Assembly: GCA_032718475.1 (NCBI GenBank)
Contig: JAUCBJ010007442.1
Coordinates: forward strand, 874 to 64,873
Source: Nemertoderma westbladi
Taxonomy: Eukaryota; Animalia; Xenacoelomorpha
Direction of reading: 5' to 3'
DNA: 64,000 bases
Positions 61,400-64,000 of the stretch are shown here, one piece after another. The notes under the pieces are model-generated. The model had not been told where the DNA came from and ran no database searches. It saw nothing but the letters and a program-made list of their open reading frames with translations. Position 1 is the stretch's first letter. Every line of letters begins with the position of its first letter. Both the position numbers and the translations under genes were made by a program.

Positions 61400-63600
61400 G
61401 AACCCCAAGTAATTAAACAGCGATAGGGTGCACAAGGGTGAAATAGAGTGTACGTAAAAGTTGTTGTGTGAAAATCCTCTGAACTTTGATATTTTTGATA
61501 GGATTTGGTCTAGGTGGATACCAATTCACTTTTTGATCCAGTAGAACTCCAAGATATTTTATGCTATTGTCTTGGTTTAATATGGTGTTGCCTACACTAA
61601 TTTTCACATTTGTATTTTGGTTGGAGTAAATAATGTATTCCGTTCCGTCTTTTTGTGGCACCTGAAGTGTTAATAATCGGTTTACCAGTAGCCAATACCG
61701 TAAAATTAATGAATCCTTGTTTGTTTCTAAGCACAAGGTATCTAGATTTGAGTTTCTTCATATGAAACTGGCATCGTCTGCATAGAGAGTCGTTTTTAAG
61801 CGTTTTTGTGGCGTAGGATAAGTCGTTAACACACAGAAGGTACAACAGGGGTCCAAGGAGGCTCCCTTGTGGTGGTACAATATGGGTCCAAGGAGGCTCC
61901 TCTGTGGTAGTTCAACAGGGATCCAAGGAGGCTCCCCTGTGCTGGTACAACAGGGGTCCAAGGAGGCTCCCCTGTGGTGGTACAACAGGGGTCCAAGGAG
62001 GCTCCCCTGTGGTGGTACAATAGGGGTCCAAGGGGACTGCCCTGTGGTGGTACAACGGGGGTCCAAGGAGGCTCGCTCCCCTGTGGTGGTACAACAGGGG
62101 TCCAAGGAGGCTCCCCTGTGGTGGTACAACAGGGGTCCAAGGAGGCTCCCCTGTGGTGGTACAATAGGGGTCCAAGGGGACTGCCCTGTGGTGGTACAAC
62201 GGGGGTCCAAGGAGACTCCCCTGTGGTGGTACAACAGGGGTCCAAGGAGGCTCCCCTGTGGTGGTACAATAGTGGTCCAAGGGGACTGCCCTGTGGTGGT
62301 ACAACGGGGGTCCAAGGAGGCTCCCCTTTGGTGGTACAACAGGGGTCCAAGGAGGCTCCCCTGTGGTGGTACAACAGGGGTCCAAGGAGGCTCCCCTGTG
62401 GTGGTACAACAGGGGTCCAAGGAGGCTCCCCTGTGGTGGTACAACGGGGGTCCAAGGAGGCTCCCCTGTGGTGGTACAACAGGGGTCCAAGGAGGCTCCC
62501 CTGTGGTGGTACAACAGGGGTCCAAGGAGGCTCCCCTGTGGTGGTACAACAGGGGTCCAAGGAGGCTCCCCTGTGATGGTACAACAGGGGTCCAAGGAGG
62601 CTCCCCTGTGGTGGTACAACAGGGGTCCAAGGAGGCTCCCCTGTGGTGGTACAACAGGGGTCCAAGGAGGCTCCCCTGTGGTGGTACAATAGGGGTCCAA
62701 GGAGGCTCCCCTGTGGTGGTACAACAGGGGTCCAAGGAGGCTCCCCTGTGGTGGTACAATAGGGGTCCAAGGAGGCTGCCCTGTGGTGGTACAACAGGGG
62801 TCCAAGGGGGTTCCCCTGTGGTGGTACAACAGGGGACCAAGGACGCTCCCCTGTGGTAGTACAACAGGGGTCCAAGGAGGCTCCCCTGCGGTGGTACAAC
62901 AGGGGTCCAAGGAGGCTCCCCTGTGGTGGTACAACAGGGGTCCAAGGAGGCTCCCCTGTGGTGGTACAACAGGGGTCCAAGGAGGCTCCCCTGTGGTGGT
63001 ACAACAGGGGTCCAAGGAGGCTCCCCTGTGGTGGTACAACAGGGGTCCAAGGAGGCTCCCCTGTGGTGGTACAACAGGGGTCCAAGGAGGCTCCCCTGTG
63101 GTGGTACAACAGGGGTCCAAGGAGGCTCCCCTGTGGTGGTACAACAGGGGTCCAAGGAGGCTCCCCTGTGGTGGTGCAACAGGGGTTCAAGGGGACTGCC
63201 CTGTGGTGGTACAACAGGGGTCCAAGGAGGCTCCCCTGTGGTGGTACAACAGGGGTCCAAGGAGGCTCCCCTGTGGTGGTGCAACAGGGGTTCAAGGGGA
63301 CTGCCCTGTGGTGGTACAACAGGGGTCCAAGGAGGCTCCCCTGTGGTGGTACAACAGGGGTCCAAGGAGGCTCCCCTGTGGTGGTACAACAGGGGTCCAA
63401 GGAGGCTCCCCTGTGGTACTCATGTAGTTATTGTACGCTCTGTAGACGAGAAGCCACCGATATAAACAATCTGCTTTCTGTTTGTTAGATAGGTTTGTAA
63501 CAAGGGAAGTGGCTTTCCACGCACACCGTAAAATTATAATCTATTTAACAATATTTTAAGGTCAACCGAATCCCTTACGTATATCCACCCACATGCTGTA
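61400..63600 (-). mobile_element. Decayed CR1/L2-group LINE RT fragment
   Basis: YGVRGKPLPLLQTYLTNRKQIV...VPQGSLLGPLLY...NDL...LYADD...IKYLGVLLDQKVNW...LRTLYFTLVHP with stops and frameshifts; ends approximate. Confidence 0.85.
61839..63418. repeat. 35-bp minisatellite, ~45 copies, derived from the LINE RT motif PQGSLLGPLLY
   Basis: Unit CTGTGGTGGTACAACAGGGGTCCAAGGAGGCTCCC; RT coding sequence continues on both flanks. Confidence 0.97.
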
Positions 63601-63738
63601 TCTTTTGAATTTAAACAGTCACGGATTTGTTCTGTGACGGCCAATATGGCGTGGGAGGTGGACAGTACTCATCTTCTTGCGAGAACCAAAAATAAATTAA
63701 TAAACTTTTTGAGAATTTTGTTTATTTAATAAATTCAG

Positions 63739-63861
63739 GATTTTCTGCCGTGGAAGAGTCTCAGCGCTATTATCGAATATTATTACATGTGGAAGACAAC
63801 CGATCGGTACGTTCAGCAGAAGAGGATAAAGGCGGCCGAGGCGGAGAGTAAATTAAAGCAG
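63739..63861 (+). CDS. MTA1: MTA coding exon 3 (end of SANT); gene continues beyond the window
   Basis: ttcag|[41 protein letters not shown]|gttcgt; phase 0, compatible with exon 2. Confidence 0.95.
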
Positions 63862-64000
63862 GTTCGTTAGAAACGGTTATATATACATGAGGCGATATAC
63901 TAAAAAGTGGCCAAACCAGAGTCATTTTTGGGGAAAAAATAAAGTTTCTCAAAACCCAACATAATGATATATATTCTGAAAGCTCCAGAGTCCGTAGAAT

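Noticed and set aside
61758-63488. Long ORFs (up to 543 aa) on both strands
   Set aside because: Artefacts of a stop-free 35-bp repeat cycling through frames.

Overview
Repeat-dense animal (probably invertebrate) genomic DNA. Two host genes are present: an intronless LRR/HormR/GAIN adhesion GPCR (12353-15484, minus strand) with a decayed tandem paralog beside it, and the first three coding exons of an MTA-family NuRD subunit (55655-63861, plus strand). The rest is satellites and mobile elements: a 41-bp array (1-8606); an ~18-kb 32/24-bp composite array carrying an RT-deleted RTE-like LINE and two identical endonuclease-less RT ORFs in a 5.08-kb duplication; several (TAG)n-tailed RTE-like insertions with TSDs; a MITE; a truncated Kolobok/Mutator-like transposon; a 15.7-kb BEL/Pao LTR element; a non-autonomous piggyBac; and a CR1/L2-like relic whose RT motif has expanded into a 35-bp minisatellite. 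The most notable observation is that the BEL/Pao element has no tRNA-type PBS. The 11 nt right after its 5' LTR are instead exactly complementary to an 11-mer inside the LTR, the geometry of Tf1-type self-priming. All calls come from reading the sequence; no searches were run.
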